A stretch of DNA of 64,000 nucleotides from Rhizophagus irregularis. Its lineage: Eukaryota. The translations under genes and the position numbers were made by a program. Positions within the stretch are counted from its first letter, which is position 1. Every line of letters starts with the position of its first letter. Shown one piece after another: positions 62,905-64,000 of this stretch. The stretch spans positions 3,906,001 to 3,970,000 of the forward strand of contig NC_089429.1 of assembly GCF_026210795.1 (NCBI RefSeq). Direction: 5' to 3'. The notes below the pieces were generated by a model. The model had not been told where the DNA came from. It did not search any database and worked only from the letters and a program-made list of their open reading frames with translations.

Positions 62905-64000
62905 TAATAATGATCCTATATAATCTAATAGCTACTATAAGAGGATATAGGTGAATTTCATATTGGTGATGGTAGAGCACGGAAGCAATCTTATAGGATG
63001 GGAAACCAGTTCAGAGTTTTAATAGATTAGTTATGTATATACCAAAAATTCTGTATTACTATTATATAACTAATAAACTCATGAATTGCATTACCTTGCA
63101 AAAAAAAAAAAGAATTTTAATGGTTAATTCTAGGAGATTCAATAAATAAATCACCAATTTTTTCACTATTATAAAATGCACAAAAGTTAATTTGCTTAAT
63201 AAAATTTCAATTTCAGATGGAATTAATTAGTAAAAAATCACCTAAAAATTTAATTGTAATTTTGGCAAAAAGTACTAAAGGGGTAATCAAGTACTTTTTA
63301 AGATGCTAAATATGTGAAAAATAATCATGTATTCAAATGTAAAATAATTTATTATATAATTAAAATTTTATTTTTAAGGCAGATTAACTAATAGGAAATT
63401 AGTTAAAAATCCATTTCTTTTATAATTTTTTAATTTTTACTGTGCAATTTTTGGCCAGAATTATGATTTAAATTTAATAAAGTTTTAAATCATGAATTTG
63501 TAAAAAATAATCATTTTTTATAATATTAAATGCACTATTATTTAATTAAAATTTCATTTTTAAAGTAGGTTTCTTATTATAAAATAAGTTAAATATATTT
63601 AATTTTTAAGAAAATTAAACAAAAAGAATTTCAATGGTTAATTTTAGGAAATTCAATAAATAAATTACCAATTTTTTCACTATTATAAGATGCACAAAAG
63701 TCAATTTGCTTAATAAAATTTGGAATTAATTAGTAAAAAATCACCTAAAAATTTTAATTTTAATTTTGGCAAAAAGTACTAAGGGGTAATCAGGTACTTT
63801 TTAAGATTTTTTAAAATGCTAAATATATGAAAAATAATCATATATTCAAATGTAAAATAATCTAAAATTTTATTTTTAAGGCAGATTAACTAATAGGAAA
63901 TAGGTTAAAAATCCATTTCTTTTTATAATTCCTTAATTTTTACTATGCAATTTTTGGCCAGAATTATAAACAAATTTTTGTATTTTTGATAAAATTTAAA

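Larger units (their letters stand above)
59236..63111 (+). mobile_element. Strongly 5'-truncated LINE (RNase H + C-terminus) with nested MITEs
   Basis: TSD GAATTTTAATGGTTA (59221-59235 / 63112-63126), poly(A); RAELEAI, LTDSQ, KVKGHSG..GNE.AD. Confidence 0.88.
43250..64000. repeat. AT-rich satellite (~510-550 bp unit with subrepeats); blocks 43250-44118, 50239-51310, 58974-59235, 63112-64000
   Basis: Recurrent GAATTTTAATGGTTAATT, AAAAGTACTAAGGGGTAATC, AAAAATCCATTTCTTT and TTTTGGCCAGAATTAT; unit starts at 63112 and ~63626. Confidence 0.85.

Overview
Very AT-rich eukaryotic DNA with GT-AG introns, made up almost entirely of transposons and repeats. The protein families and base composition suggest an arbuscular mycorrhizal fungus (Glomeromycota, Rhizophagus-like); this is an inference. 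Main parts: (1) a compact, intron-free, virus-like block at ~4.4-16.4 kb. It encodes an A32-type packaging ATPase, a Polinton/Maverick-type integrase apparently fused to a Zn-ribbon/restriction-like nuclease, and, divergently, a coiled-coil + Gag-like + zinc-knuckle protein followed by a retropepsin. I see no reverse transcriptase, LTRs, PolB or jelly-roll capsid in it. This is the best candidate for an undescribed system. (2) A membrane-protein gene broken by a hAT MITE. (3) An Academ-like DNA transposon (28.1-42.2 kb) holding a TA-TSD element, which in turn holds a full-length RNase H-bearing LINE. (4) An AT-rich satellite (43.2-64 kb) invaded by two more LINEs, a Ty3/gypsy element and nested MITEs. 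Other notable patterns are tandem intron/micro-exon arrays, a 147-bp palindromic repeat, and a shared CACGTG cassette in hAT MITEs. Most ORFs are decayed by C>T/G>A stops. All family calls come from motif recognition by eye; no searches were run.
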